The notes: a model not told the origin generated them from the sequence alone. A stretch of DNA of 60,768 bases, filler included, from Bipalium vagum (GCA_037834085.1; 3 parts of 3 records of this genome joined end to end with filler, not necessarily neighbours in it), one strand, 5' to 3'. Numbered from the whole stretch's first letter, positions 38,480 through 51,779 are shown. A program made the numbers and translations.

Positions 38480-38830
38480 TAGAAATGAAAGATTTACGTC
38501 ATTTCATATATCAACAAGACAGTGCACCCGCACATAACCCCAAGAAAGTTTACGGTTTTCTCCGGGCTGATGTTCCTGAGTTCTGACCAAAGGATATGTG
38601 GCCTCCTAAATCACCAGACATTTATCCTTTAGATTATTATGTGTCGAACATTTGCGAATGAGATTTTAATAATGAGCCTTATTCGATTATTGGTTCCTTA
38701 ACCCTAAAGATTAGCAAATTATTTGTGTCACTGGATAAGGATAACTTAGTTAGGGCTTGCTCCCGATTTTAAGGTCGAGGTTGAACAATTATTGCTCATA
38801 AAGGAGACTATTTTGAAAAAATCAATCATT
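38480..38830 (+). mobile_element. maT/DD37D-type transposase C-terminal remnant
   Basis: YQQDSAPAHNPKKV..PKDMWPPKSPDIYPLDYYV (SPDLNPLDY, with D as third catalytic residue). Confidence 0.8.
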
Positions 38831-39399
38831 AATGATCGTCTTTATCTATTTTTATATAAATACATTAAATATGTCATTTTTTTTGGTTTAACAAAATTTT
38901 TATTTTCTTACAAAAACAACATTTTTTGCCAATTTTTCGCACAGTAACTATTTTTTGTAAATTTGGTAGCTGTATACGTAGAATGAAATCTGTCCATAAG
39001 TGATATTTAGTGATATCCATTAGTTATGTACATTTTTGTAAGTAAACTTCAAACTGTTTTTAATATACAAAAAACGCAAAGAAATGTGAATTCTGAAAAT
39101 TAAAATGTGACAAATTGTTACTCGCACTTTCTTTATCAACAATATATATTATGCATTATACAAATTCCCTTTAGCTTTTCAGACTTTACGAAAACGAGAT
39201 CTTACCGATCCATCTTAATCAATTATTTTTTGTCATTTTTTATTGTTCATCATATTGATAATGTCTATTATTCTCAGTTTAATCCTTGCAGATTGTTAAA
39301 TTTCGGTCCATCATATATCATTCCTGATATCATATTCCAGACATCTTCCACTTTGTTCAGATTTGAACTTTGATGGCTATTGAATTAAAGCTATTAGTT

Positions 39400-40190
39400 A
39401 TATTTGAAGATTTCAGGTAATCTTTAAATAAACTTGAAGTATGCACTATACAATTGTCCTGTTGAAAGAAAATTCTTGTCAAAATTAATTCTTATAGCTG
39501 GTACAATGTGCTTCTTCAACATTGCTCTGGTAGAAAAGGTTAAAGGTGGATACCAAGAGCTTATTCAAAAACTACTTTTAAAAACCTGCATCAATCTGGT
39601 TTTCCAAAATTTTCTGCTAAGAGAATGTTCAATTTAACCTTGAAGCATAAAACGAATAGAATTAAATGGTGTGAAGAAAACAGAAAACCAAGATGAAAGA
39701 ACTGCATTTTTAATGATAAGTATTGATTTTGGCTATATGACATGAAAGGAAAACTCTGGTCCTAGGCTAGACTTCAGATTTCTGCTTGGAAATTAGGACC
39801 ATCATTAATGATATGGAGTGCAATTAGATCTACAGATAAATCCAGCCTGATTTTTATAAAAGTAATAGTAAGCAGCCAAATATATCATAAAGACTCCCTA
39901 GTAATCAACAAGATGGTGCAATATTCCTCAAAATCTACCGCTGATTGGTTATAGAAGAATAAATGGATGATATCTTCATGGCCAACTAATTACTCTGACT
40001 TGAATCCTATTGAAAATCTTAGAGCACTAATGAAAACTGAAGGTTAATTTACAGTTAAGTTATTTGAGAAATTTAAGATGGAATTTCCATTACAACTATA
40101 AAGTCTTTAATGTAAGGCATGCCAACAAGACTTGAAAATTATTATTAGTATTATTGAAAAAAGGGGGACAAATTAAAACTTAATTTCTAT
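39400..40190 (+). mobile_element. Tc1 transposon remnant
   Basis: RIKWCEEN, SLMIWSAI, QQDGA and WPTNYSDLNPIENL motifs; many stops. Confidence 0.75.
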
Positions 40191-41037
40191 TGATTCACTG
40201 ATACGTATGTATGTGATTTATGTAAATGTTATTTTTTTTATTAAAATCTAACCACTTTATAAAATGGTAGTTAAAAAGCATCATGGTTATTATTATAATT
40301 ACATTGTAAATCAACAAAAAATAAAAGAATACACCAAGAAGAAGTTATTTTTTATAATTTATAATTTTTAAATAAATAATATTTATTATGGAATTACAAT
40401 GAATAATGCCAATTTAAAATATGGGTTTCATTTCAGCCCCTTTTACAATTCTTCATTTTGGTTTACTTATAATACTTCTCAACTTCATTTATTTAATAAT
40501 CACTACTCTTTCCTACACATTCATCTACATTATACAATCCATTAACAGGAGACGACCAACAACTTCCTGGATTTTAGATTATAATGAAGCTTATTTCTCA
40601 TTTTTCACAGACCCACAAAATCTTAGGCAAATAAAATTTTTGAAAAATAATTTTATATTATTTATATTATTATTATTATTATTATTATTAAATAATTATA
40701 ATTTTGCTAAATATCAGTAAAATTTATTATTTTATTTTTTCACCGGGTAATGTGATCAAATTTCTTATATCTAATATACTTTTATTTTTAAGTTATCTGA
40801 TATTTTTATGTACTAAATAACAGAAAAGAAATAAAATTCATCAAAAAACGTTGAATAGTTAAAATTAAAATGATTTATGGAAATTGAAAAGTTGAATGAA
40901 GAGACTCAGAAATTTAATATGAACCAAGAATATTTTTGAAATATAATATGCAATATAATTCATAACTGAAAATACGACCATATATGTGTATAGGAAAAAG
41001 AAAATCTTAAATAATATAGGTAAGTCTTGTCAAATAA

Positions 41038-41108
<71 letters not shown>
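41038..41108. repeat. (ATT)n microsatellite at contig end
   Basis: About 23 perfect ATT units running into the N-linker. Confidence 0.95.
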
Positions 41109-41208
41109 NNNNNNNNNNNNNNNNNNNNNNNNNNNNNNNNNNNNNNNNNNNNTTAATTAATTAANNNNNNNNNNNNNNNNNNNNNNNNNNNNNNNNNNNN
41201 NNNNNNNN
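41109..41208. other. Assembly linker: 44 N + TTAATTAATTAA + 44 N
   Basis: Directly visible and identical to the linker at 19126. Confidence 0.97.
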
Positions 41209-41299
41209 TTTACCAATTATTTTTAACATGGTTGGTCATTTTAATAATAAAAACGTCAAATTATAAAGTGTCCAATTAATTTGACGTTGACTATATTGT

Positions 41300-41940
41300 T
41301 TATGATCTTCTGCTATCGTTCTGGGAACTGGTGGATTCAATCATGAAAATAGTGTTTGTTTGGAAGAAATAAAGTCATCGATGAATTTTCGGATATCTGA
41401 TACATTTCGAAAACTCTGTCCAGCTAAGGAATGTTGCATTGACCTGAATAAATAATAATCTGAGAACTCCATGTCTATTGAATAATCCACACGAGGAAGA
41501 ACATTACAGCCTAAATTGAAGATAATGTCCTGCGTTGCAGCAGTAACAATTTGCATTGTCATGAAGCAAAATGACTTTACGAAATTCCATGTCCAATAAA
41601 TGGTATTTTTATCAATTTCTTTACTATAACGTCTTAATTGATCACTGTAGCATTGTGCATTAATTGCTTGACCCAGAACTAACCAATGAATGCTTACTTT
41701 TAGGATTACCGTAATGAATCCAATTTTAGTTATCATTGACTTCAGTTTTTTGGTACTTTACAAATAGAGAAAGACATATTCTAATCGTTGACCAATATTT
41801 GATTTCGGAAAGATGGTGTGGTACTAAAATTTCAGGATTTTTGTCATGTCACGTAATAAATTTTTTTTTATATAATTAAAAAAAGATAAAAATATATGTA
41901 GTTTTAAAAATGAGATTTTAAAATTTATGCAAACACCCAA
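41300..41940 (-). mobile_element. Internally deleted mariner remnant
   Basis: GQAINAQCYSDQLRR..LPRVDYSIDMEFSDYYLFRSMQHSLAGQSF. Confidence 0.85.
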
Positions 41941-42018
41941 TACACAAAATTATTAACCAATCTTCTTTGAAAGAAATACTTTATAAGTATTGAAAGTTTT
42001 AATATTATTATTCAAGTA

Positions 42019-43236
42019 TTAGGTCATTAAGTATGAAATGCATTACTTTGTATGGTCATTTTTAAATTCTAATACCTCTGCGAATTTTTATTCTTAAATA
42101 ATAAACTTTGTTTTAATATTTAACTAAAGCCACACTTTCAAAAAATCAAGTGACATATTTTAGATAAATATATGATTTGTAATTTACTGTTTAATGGAAA
42201 AATTCAAAATTCTTATATTAATGGAATTCGAGTTCCGTAGAAAATCCATGATTGCTCAGACCGTCCGGAACTTAAAGGATGTCTTCGGTAGTAATACTCC
42301 TTTTCAAATCATCATCAGCCGTTGGTTTGAAAAATTCAGATATTGAGATTTTTGCTTGGAAAATCAGCCCCGAGAAAAACCAAAAATATCAATTTGCAAA
42401 GGTGAATTAAAAGCTTTCGTGGAAAAAAATCCCAGCCAAACTACCACAGATTTACCAACAAGGTTTGGTGCTTACGTCTCAACTATTTTGATTCATCTGC
42501 GACAAATTAATAAAGTCAAAAGACTCTACCGATGGATTTCATCGGATTGACAGATATCCATAAGAAAAAAATGGCTTCAATACAAGCACAAGAGTGACTC
42601 ATTTTTGCACCGTATTGTTACGTGTGACGAAAAGTGGATCCCCTATGACAATCGAAAGCGTTCTACACAATGGTTAGATGCAGATGAACCCTCTAAAACA
42701 TGACCACCGTTTGGTGGACAAGTCTTTAAGTGATATACCATAGTTTCTTGAAACCAAGTCAGTCAATCACAGCAGAGCTTTACTGCACTCAAATGGAAGA
42801 AATAATGAAGAATCTGGCAAAAAACAGCTGAAATTGGCCAATAGAGATAAACCAATTCTTCTCCATGACAATGCCGACCGCAAGTTTGCAAATCGGACTC
42901 AATTAAAAATTATGGAGATGGATTTGGAAACAATCGATCATCCTGCTTATTCTGTAGACTTTTCACTTACAGATTATTGTTTTTTCCTTAATTTTGACAG
43001 CAAGGAAAAATATTGCGCAGAGGCTGCTTAAGGTTCATTCACTCAATTTATTGATTCCCTCAAACCAGAGTTTTTCGATAAAGGCATTTCCGACCTACTA
43101 ACGAGAAGTGTCTTCTTTCTGACGGTGCATACTTCGATTGATTCCCTTTTTTTTTATTATAGGTACAAAATTTATTAAAATTTCTATTAACATATTTATT
43201 GATTCTAGAAAATAATTATACATTTCATGGCCCGTA
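42019..43236 (+). mobile_element. Near full-length decayed mariner element
   Basis: TA|TTAGGTC left end; MEKFKILILMEFEFR; RIVTCDEKWIPYDNRKR; LLHDNA; HPAYSVDFSLTDY. About 1.2 kb with frameshifts and stops. Confidence 0.9.
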
Positions 43237-43674
43237 TATTTTTATAATTCGTCATTTCATTAATAATTATATTTTAAATTCAATCAATTTTATTTAGTTA
43301 TCAGTTCCTTAAAGTTAAAAATTTCTTAAAATAAATTTCCCTCAGAGAAAAATTTTATTCTACAAAGGAATTGTTTTATGATCTATCTTTATTAACCTAT
43401 CTTTATAATCTTAATCTTGTGAACAATATAAATTTACTTTTCGAATATACGCCTCTCCACATTATTATTATTAGTAGTTAAAGTAGTATACATATATTAA
43501 TAGTTAGTCGTTGGATCAATTTAGCCATTACAAAGTTTTAAACAATAATAAAGTTTAAATATTTTTATTATTATTTGTCGTTTTTGAAAAAAAATTAATT
43601 TAAAATTCTTGATTTCAATTCTTTAATGCAAGAAATTGTTGTTGATGTATTTTCGTTAAAAGTTTTTGCTTCAG

Positions 43675-46600
43675 AAAATAAATTTCAGCAAACTTATGCT
43701 TGGACTGCATTAACAAGAGCATTAATTTTATGCAACGAGGCTTTCCACATTAAATCGTCTGACGATAAATCGATTTTGGATATTGATGAAAGTCTATGGA
43801 GATCATTCAACGATTGTGAGTCGGTCAGGAAATGGGGAGGATCCATTACACATTATAAGCAAAAAAATATTTGTTTGTTTGGACCAAATTATGACAATCT
43901 AACCAACTGTAAGGTAAACTTACTATTTCTACTAATTTATTGATTAAAAATAATGAAATTAAAATTAGTCTTCTTTTTCCATTTTTATTACTCTTATTAT
44001 TTTTCTTAAAAATTATTTTATTATTATTATTATTACCAGCTCTCAATTCATAAACTAAATGATGGAGACTCTAGATTCTTGTTGGTTCTTCGAGGAAATC
44101 CTCTTAATGTTTTGCAATGCTGTTCAACAATATTAATTGATGGGAAAGAAGAAAATATAAATTTGTGGAGTTCTCGAATTATTGAGTTTTATGAAGAAAT
44201 GAAGGAACGAAGTCAATTTGTTCAAGCATTGTGTGATTATAGAATCAGTCCGGAAATATTTCCCCCTGAGTAAGTAAATTGAAACTGAAATTTCTTTTGA
44301 AATAATATAATTGTAAAAAGTATGTTTGAGTTGAGATGGATATGTTTACGTCTCCGTGAAAGAAATCTTTATCATTAATTTTAGATCAAAATATGATTGG
44401 ATTTGAAGTTGCAAAATTATTTTATTTGTTTTTGAACGTTGATTAAATTTTAATAATAAATCCATTTAAAGTTATTTCTATGTTAATTTTCGTATTTTTT
44501 CAAATTTTTTAATTGAACAAAATGTAACGAATTTTCGTAAATTTAGCACGAAAGAAATTACCACTGATTGTAACAGTCGAATTCCGAGAAATGGATTGAG
44601 ATTTATTGGCATTATTTCATTTAACGACTCCTTGAATCCATCAATAGTATCATTTGTAGAATCGTGCGATAAATGTGGGATAAGATTGGTGTTAAATGCT
44701 CAAAAAAGTGAAGTTCCTTTAATCTCAAATAATAAGGTTTACTTTTTACTGTTTTTGAATAAAAGCTTGTTTATTGTTTGTTATTTTTACTAGATTGATA
44801 CAACAGTTCGCTGACATAATTTGCATTTTTTACTTGTTATAAATTATAATTATGAAAAAAAAATTTTAGATATGCGCTTATTTCAATATTACTAAACTAA
44901 TGCAATGTTTTAAATATAATTTAGCTAATAATTTTTATAACGAATAACTTTTAATATTAAATAATATTTTTAAATATTTTTTAGAATTCCTACGATTTAC
45001 GTGTGTTATTATTATTATTATTATTATTATCATTATTACTGAAGTATATTTATTAATTGACTATGAAAATTTTAAGATCATTTTTATTTTTAAAATATTA
45101 TATGATCTAATATAAATTTTAATGAAGATAATAAAATATTTAATTTTAGCAATTTTTTTTCAATAATTAATTGTAATTAATTGAAATAATTATCTCATAG
45201 TAAAATGAAATTTATTTATATTTTTAAAAAATTTAAATAGAAAAAAATATGGAGAAATGATTGATCATATTAATTTTTGGTTATAGGAAATGAAATCGAT
45301 AAAAGAACTTCGCATCATATCTGAGACTGCATTGAGCTCATATTCAAACAAAATTTTGTTAAAAATGATTGAAAACACAAATCTTGTTATTTGTCAAACT
45401 GATAGGAAAAAAATACAGAGTCTGATAGATTTTTGTCGATATAAACAGAAATATATTGTTGGAGTGATAGAAAATGATAGTGAATATTTGCCAACTCTTT
45501 TATCATCCCATGTCGGTGAGTACATTTCCCACATATGAGACTGGATATAATCAGCTATTTTGACTCCAGGGATAATCACTCAATCTAGATCCAATAATCT
45601 TAGCAAACAAATCGCTGACGTTCGTGTAATGGATGACTTGTTGTCCTTGGTTCAAGCCATCAAAGAGTCGAGAAAAATATTTCGAGTGCTCACTATCATG
45701 ATCAGCATGGTGCAATATCCTAAACTAACGTTTTTATTTGGCTTCTTATCTTTTACATTTTTAGGTGTACCATTGGCTATAAACTTAAATTTAATTCTGG
45801 CTTTTGAGTTATGTTTTTTGGTAAGGATTTTTCAATTTTTATTTTTAAAAAATGCATAGTTTTTATTCTCGAAATTCTCTTATTTTTGATTATAATTTAC
45901 AGTAAGAAATAATCAATAATCTTGTCAGTTTTATTTAATAAAAATATTAAATAATGACCTACAAGTAATGAACTTATTTTAATCATTTATATTGTGTGTA
46001 CATTGAAAGTGAGCTTTTTTTAAAAATAAATATTAATAAAAATAATTTATTTGCTTAAGCGAATAAATTTATTTTATTCAGGTTGAATATTTTGTTTAAA
46101 ATATTTAGTAAAAACTTATATTAACAGCAATATAATTTTTTCAGATGCTTTTAGATGGTGGAAAATATAGCAAATAATCACAATTTGCGCGAAGTGATAA
46201 TGCTTCATTTCATTATCAGAAAATCAGCTCCTGAAACCTATAGAATACTTGTTAAGGCTTATGGCAACAATGCTTTTTCTTAAGGGACTTATGAAAGATG
46301 ATGTGTACATTTCAGAAAGGATTTAAGTGTGGAAAATAAAAAACTTCCCGGAAAACAGAACGGTTTGAAGATTTGGAAATATACGTGTTTAAAGATCCTA
46401 TCAAAATCAATATGAACTTGCAAAATCAAAGAAAATGCTCAATTAAAAAATGCAAAGGATGTGTTTTGAAGTAAAAATTAATGTAAAACGTCAATTGGCA
46501 CACTTCGTGTTTGCAGGTAGTTCATTTTCCCCGGGTTTCTAGTGTTAATAAGTCAACGTTTACAAACCATGTGGAAGAACTTTAATAAAGGAAAAGGAAT

Positions 46601-49067
46601 AGCTTACAAACACAAGCGGAGACACATCTAAAAACGTAAAACCACCTGAAATTTTGCTAGTTCGACAAAGAAAACGTTTTCTGTATCAAATTGTAATGAG
46701 TGATGAAAAATTGTTTTATTTTGATAAATCTAAATGCAGACAAAAAATGTAATTCTTTGCTGAGCCATTCAGAGCAACTTCAAACAAAAATTTCCATTAA
46801 AAGAAGGCTATGTCATGAATTCGGTGGGATCATAAAGATGTGAATCATCATAAGGGGATACAACCTGATCAAAGTTACAGAGTACCTGTACAGAGAACAA
46901 ATAATGCGTGAGCCGGAAATTGCATCAAAAACTATCAGAATCTGACAAAAGACGACATAAACTGATTTTGCTGCATGACAATGCTCGGCCATATGTTACA
47001 AAACGAGTGACACACTCACTTGTACAGAAAGCAATCATTTTTTTAATTGAAGAATATATTTTAAAATCATATATACTTCATATATGTTGTCAAATTTTTA
47101 AAAATAAATTTTAACAGAAAATCAAAAAGATCATATATGATTTTATCAACTATATTTATAAACTTTAAATTATTAAACTAATTTTTATCTTTATTATAAT
47201 CAATAATTGTAGTCCTGAAGAGAAACATTAAAATTTTCATTAGCAAAAGTTATAAAAATTTATTAAAAAGTTTGCAAAAAACCCATTTAAACAAAATGGG
47301 GCCAAACCAAATTTCAACCAATCTTATAATTGTGTAAAATTGATAAATCATACTTTTTACAAAGCAATCAAAGTAATACAAGTCTAAAAATTCTATTCAA
47401 TTGATACACTCAACATCACCTGTAATGTTTCAACATTGTCTCAGGTCTTCACGTGAAATAAAAAAATTTCTCAAATTACGAGCAAAAATATTAAATATTT
47501 CGCAAATGTTTCGAACTAAATAAGAAATATTTAGTTCCCAAAACCCACGAGATAATCATGTCAGAAAATAAAACCAAAAAAAATACAGAAAAGAAAGTAA
47601 AATACAATGGGATTATTAAAAATCGATTATCGTTACTTAAAGTAATCGGAGTCCATAAAGTACCCTCAAATTTACAAGTTTGATAGGGAGCCCAGAGCAA
47701 TCCTTATAATAATTGGGCATATCAGTTATTTACCTTTCATTAAGTTTTCAAAAAAATATCAGTTTCGCTTTTTTGAAATTACTCAGTCACACTGGAAGCC
47801 TATTATTTGCAACAAACCCACTAAGGGTAAAAAAAGAGTCTCTACTGTCACTGAGGAAGAGAGAAAATAATTTACTCCTAAATTCCTAATCTGGGAAAAA
47901 TTAATTAATAGCGTAAGCCTATTTTAAAATCAACACAACATTGTCTATGTTAAAAGTTTATACAACAGTTTTTATTTCGTGATTCTAGAAGATTTATAAT
48001 ACTTATAACTAAAGATAATAACAATAAATAATAATAAAAGTTTTGAAATCTAAATTGAAATTTGTTAACTTGATTGATAAAATATATATTTGAGAAAAGG
48101 ATCATACGCGCTATGGAGTTATTTGTGTGGAGTGATTAAATCTTAGGCAGAACTATCCCTTTGTCAATCTCTACTCAACATTATTTAATTTTTTTTTCAA
48201 TAAGTTTATTATAAATTATTATTAGTAGTAACGGTAATATGAATTATTATTTTTAATGCTCTCATATTTAACTATAAGTAAAACAAAAATAATTTTAAAA
48301 ACCGAGATCATTATTTTTATACTCTTATTAGTATTTTTATTATTTTATTATTAGTTCTTATAATTGGTAATTTTCAACTCTTTTATTGGACTTTAGATAC
48401 CAACAATATGTGTATTTTTGCAAAAGTTATATAATAAGAATGTCATTGTCCAAACATGGAAATTTATGGATTTCATGGTAGTTCTTGAAATCGGGTCCAT
48501 ACAATTAGTCGGTTCTATTTTCTCTTATATTGCAGTTTTGACACTCCACGGTTTTTGGCCACGAAAACTTTTGATGATTCGAAATTTGTGGTATTTGCAA
48601 ACGATTAACAGCATGGCCGATTCGTATGGACAGGAATGGGTTTGGGAGCAATTTGATTTTCCAAAATCATGATTCTCCTTTCCAATATTTAGACATATTC
48701 CCAAAGAATGAATCTCAATCTTTTAGCGTCATCTTCGTTATTCGTTACGCTTTGTATATTGCAAATCGTAGGTATTTTGACAACGGCAACCGATCTTGTT
48801 TCAAATCCGCTCAAATGTTTCAAGAATTATAAAATGATCTTGTCCATCACATTTTGTGGAGTTTTGGTTGCCTCATTCGTCTTCGGATTATCTCGGCTGA
48901 GAATCGTGGAATTGTGCCCAGTGGAGTAATTTTAAATTGATTTAAATCGACTTTGATACTATAATCGTTTTAGATGGATCTACTGTCTATTCTCTTTACC
49001 ATTCGCGCTCTACATGATTGTGTTCTTTAAAATAAAACACCTGATCGGGTTCGAAAATCCAAACTGA
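43675..49067 (+). CDS. Highly divergent Na+/K+-ATPase alpha (P2C) subunit-like protein, 3' portion (N-domain to C-terminus); probable pseudo-ATPase
   Basis: Eight GT-AG exons join in frame: 43675-43913, 44040-44269, 44547-44736, 45287-45515, 45570-45820, 48397-48639, 48693-48925, 48974-49067 (TGA). Collinear with ATP1A: WTALTRALILCNEA, LSIHK, CSTILIDGKE, LRFIGIISF, SKQIAD, ESRKIF, GVPLAI, IGSIQ, GFWP, DSYGQEW|TYSQR. The 5' exons, including DKTGT, were not found. Confidence 0.85.
46080..47010 (+). mobile_element. Decayed mariner inside the ATPase-like gene intron
   Basis: LREVIMLHFIIRKSAPETYRILVKAYG, IVMSDEK and LILLHDNARPYV motifs. Confidence 0.85.
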
Positions 49068-49415
49068 CCAATGCCGGTTCGTGTGGCCTTGTTTTCGTTT
49101 TCTTACTTTAGATTTTATTCATCTTAGCTTGGAACCTTGGCAACTTGCTCGGTATCAGCACATTTTATTTTATTTGCTCTTTCTTTTGCATGCCAGAGAA
49201 TTTTCAGTTTTCCTTGATAAATATACTTTTAACTTGAGAGATCTCGTTTTTCTCGCAAATAATAAAGTTCGATTTAGAACGACATTAGAAATCATCATTG
49301 TCTTAAATAAAAACTACGAAAACCAATAGTCGGCTCTGTTCAGTGAAGATGAAATAAAAAACTGATGATATTAAGGTATCAATCCTAAAGAAAAATGTTT
49401 ATTTAATTAGATATA

Positions 49416-50761
49416 CAGTAAAATCTCGTTACTATGCCACCCATCGGGACCGAGAAAAAGTGGCATAATAACAACAGTGGCATAATAGCGAGGGTTTGTA
49501 AAAAAAGACTATTTTTTTAAGTTACTATTAGCTAATCCAAAGACTTCAAAAATCGTCGGCTGACGCATTTTCTTTTGTCGGATTCTGTTTATCTCGTTAT
49601 CTAACCTATCGCACGCTAACATAACATCAGTTTTACCGCTGTTCTGTTGCATAAACTTTCGAACAATAATCCATGCACGCTGGGCTTCCTCGAAAGGAAC
49701 AACTTCCTCCTCGACAATTATTATTTTATTATCTTTGTCTTCCAACGGTTCCTCGCTGCACAGCACCTCCTCCGCAATCTCTTCTAACGTAAATGATCCA
49801 CCAGTCGCAAGGCGCTCGTCAGCATTAAGAAAATCCAACAGCTCAATCTCTTCGTTTTCATACATTTTTTCTTCTTCCGGCAGAGATTCCCAAATCTCGA
49901 GCAGCTCATTATCCTCTGGCTCAGTTTGGATTTCTGCTTTACAGAACTTGGCCTTTGAAAAACAGTTCCTAATTGCTAATTCGGTGACTTTCTCCCAAGC
50001 ACGTCGAATGACATGTAGAGCGTCAAGCAATGTAAACTTAAACTCTTTTCCTTCATCCATTGCTTCAAGTCGACGACACAGCAAAAGCTTTTTGTAGTTA
50101 CGTTTGAGAATCTCTATAATTCCCTGATCCATTGGTTGAGAATTGAATTTCCAATTACTAGAAGAGGAAATTTTTCGTTACCACTCATGTTTGCCCCAAC
50201 TAAAAGTGTAATTCTTTGCTTGCTCTTCTTTCCTCCTGTGCATCGCTCACCCCTGAAAGACATGGTCTTATTTGGAAGAAGCTACCAGAAAAGTCCTATC
50301 TCGTCTAGGTTGAAGACGTCGTTTGCGCTAAACTTTTTTAGTAAAGGCTGGAGAACCTGTTGTTTCGACTCAAGAAGAGATTGCGAATTTACTGTTCCAG
50401 CTTCACCCTGTACTGTCTTAAACACAATGCCGTGGCGCCTCTTAAAGTTATCTAGCCAACCGTCACTTGCCATAAAAATTTGGATGTGCATCAACTCGGC
50501 CATTTTTACAGCCTTTTCCTTGATAAGATCTCCGCTGACAGGCAGATTTGCTCCTCTTGCCTGCTTCAACCACATGAGTATGCACATTTTTAGTAGTAAA
50601 ATATAATTTAAATTTAAAAAATCATAACATCATCATTATTTAATGGTGGCATAGTAGGGCGGGTTAGGGGTGGCATAATAAATTTATTTTGTAGTAAATT
50701 TAGTCTGAAACGTAGAAAAGTGGCATAAAAGCGAGAGTGGCATAGTAACGAAATTTGACTG
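49416..50761 (-). mobile_element. pogo/Tigger (TIGD4/6-like) transposon, deletion derivative with both TIRs
   Basis: TA|CAGTAAAATCTCGTTACTATGCCAC ... GTGGCATAGTAACGAAATTTGACTG|TA, with subterminal GTGGCATA repeats. Encodes a CENP-B-type HTH (PVSGDLIKEKA..ASDGWLDNFKRRH), VFNLDEIGLFW and QPMDQGII; the central DDE region is deleted. Confidence 0.93.
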
Positions 50762-51779
50762 TATTTATATTTTTTCTTGCTTGATTACAAAATGAAACCA
50801 CTAAGATATACTATTCATTGACTTTAATATTTGTGCATTTTTAAGATGGTTACAGTAGAATAGTGATATTTTGTAGAATATGAAAACGTAATGAGTGTTA
50901 TATCTAGAAAATAATTAATTTTGGCCTTGTTTTATTTTTTATTATGATTGGTAACATTTTAAAATAATTTTGATCATGTTTAGTTTTCAATCCATGTTTT
51001 TTTCAAACCCACTTAGGGTTTTCATGTCTGTTTTATAATCACAACTAATCATGCTCACTTTCCAACCTGGGTTTTTTCCAATTAATTAAAGGACAATTAA
51101 AAAACAATGTATTAATAAAATTTATTTAATAAATCAAAGACGATATTGGAATCTTTCTCAAGAAAATTATGTCTCCAAGTCTATTTGGCCAGGTAAGACT
51201 TCAGTACCGTTGCATACATTCCGCTCAAACATTTTGTCTTACTTTTTAATGTTTCCAGATAGATTCAATTCTCTGGGTATTGGCACCGGTCTCTTTGTTT
51301 ACAATATTATGTTTGTGATTGACTTTGCGATGAGTAGAATTTTAATCCTTAGCCAGTTGACAATAGGCTTTCCACTTATCACTCATTATATATGATCCTT
51401 TTTAAACTACAGCTCTTATAATGAGTAACAAAGTAGCAGTACTTCTATTGTTGACTAAGATCAAAAATATTTTCAGGCATAAAAGTTTATATAACATTTT
51501 ACTTAACTTCTTGATGAGAACTTTTTTAAATCCATTGGTGACAAATTATGTGAATTTTACATATTACGTAATTGTGTTTTGTTTGAATAGATACTTTTTA
51601 TAACTTTTACGTCTTTTCAATATGTAGTAAAGAAGAATTAACTATCGATGAAATTCAACTGTGTGATAAATAATATTGAGTATTCAGACTTGATTAAGAA
51701 AATATCTGACATAGATAAGGAAAATCAAGTAATGATGGCATTTAATCATCAAACCAGTATGCCACTGCGTAATGTGTTA

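Noticed and set aside
49735-50606. Plus-strand ORFs of 120 and 156 aa
   Set aside because: They are antisense shadows of the minus-strand Tigger transposase.
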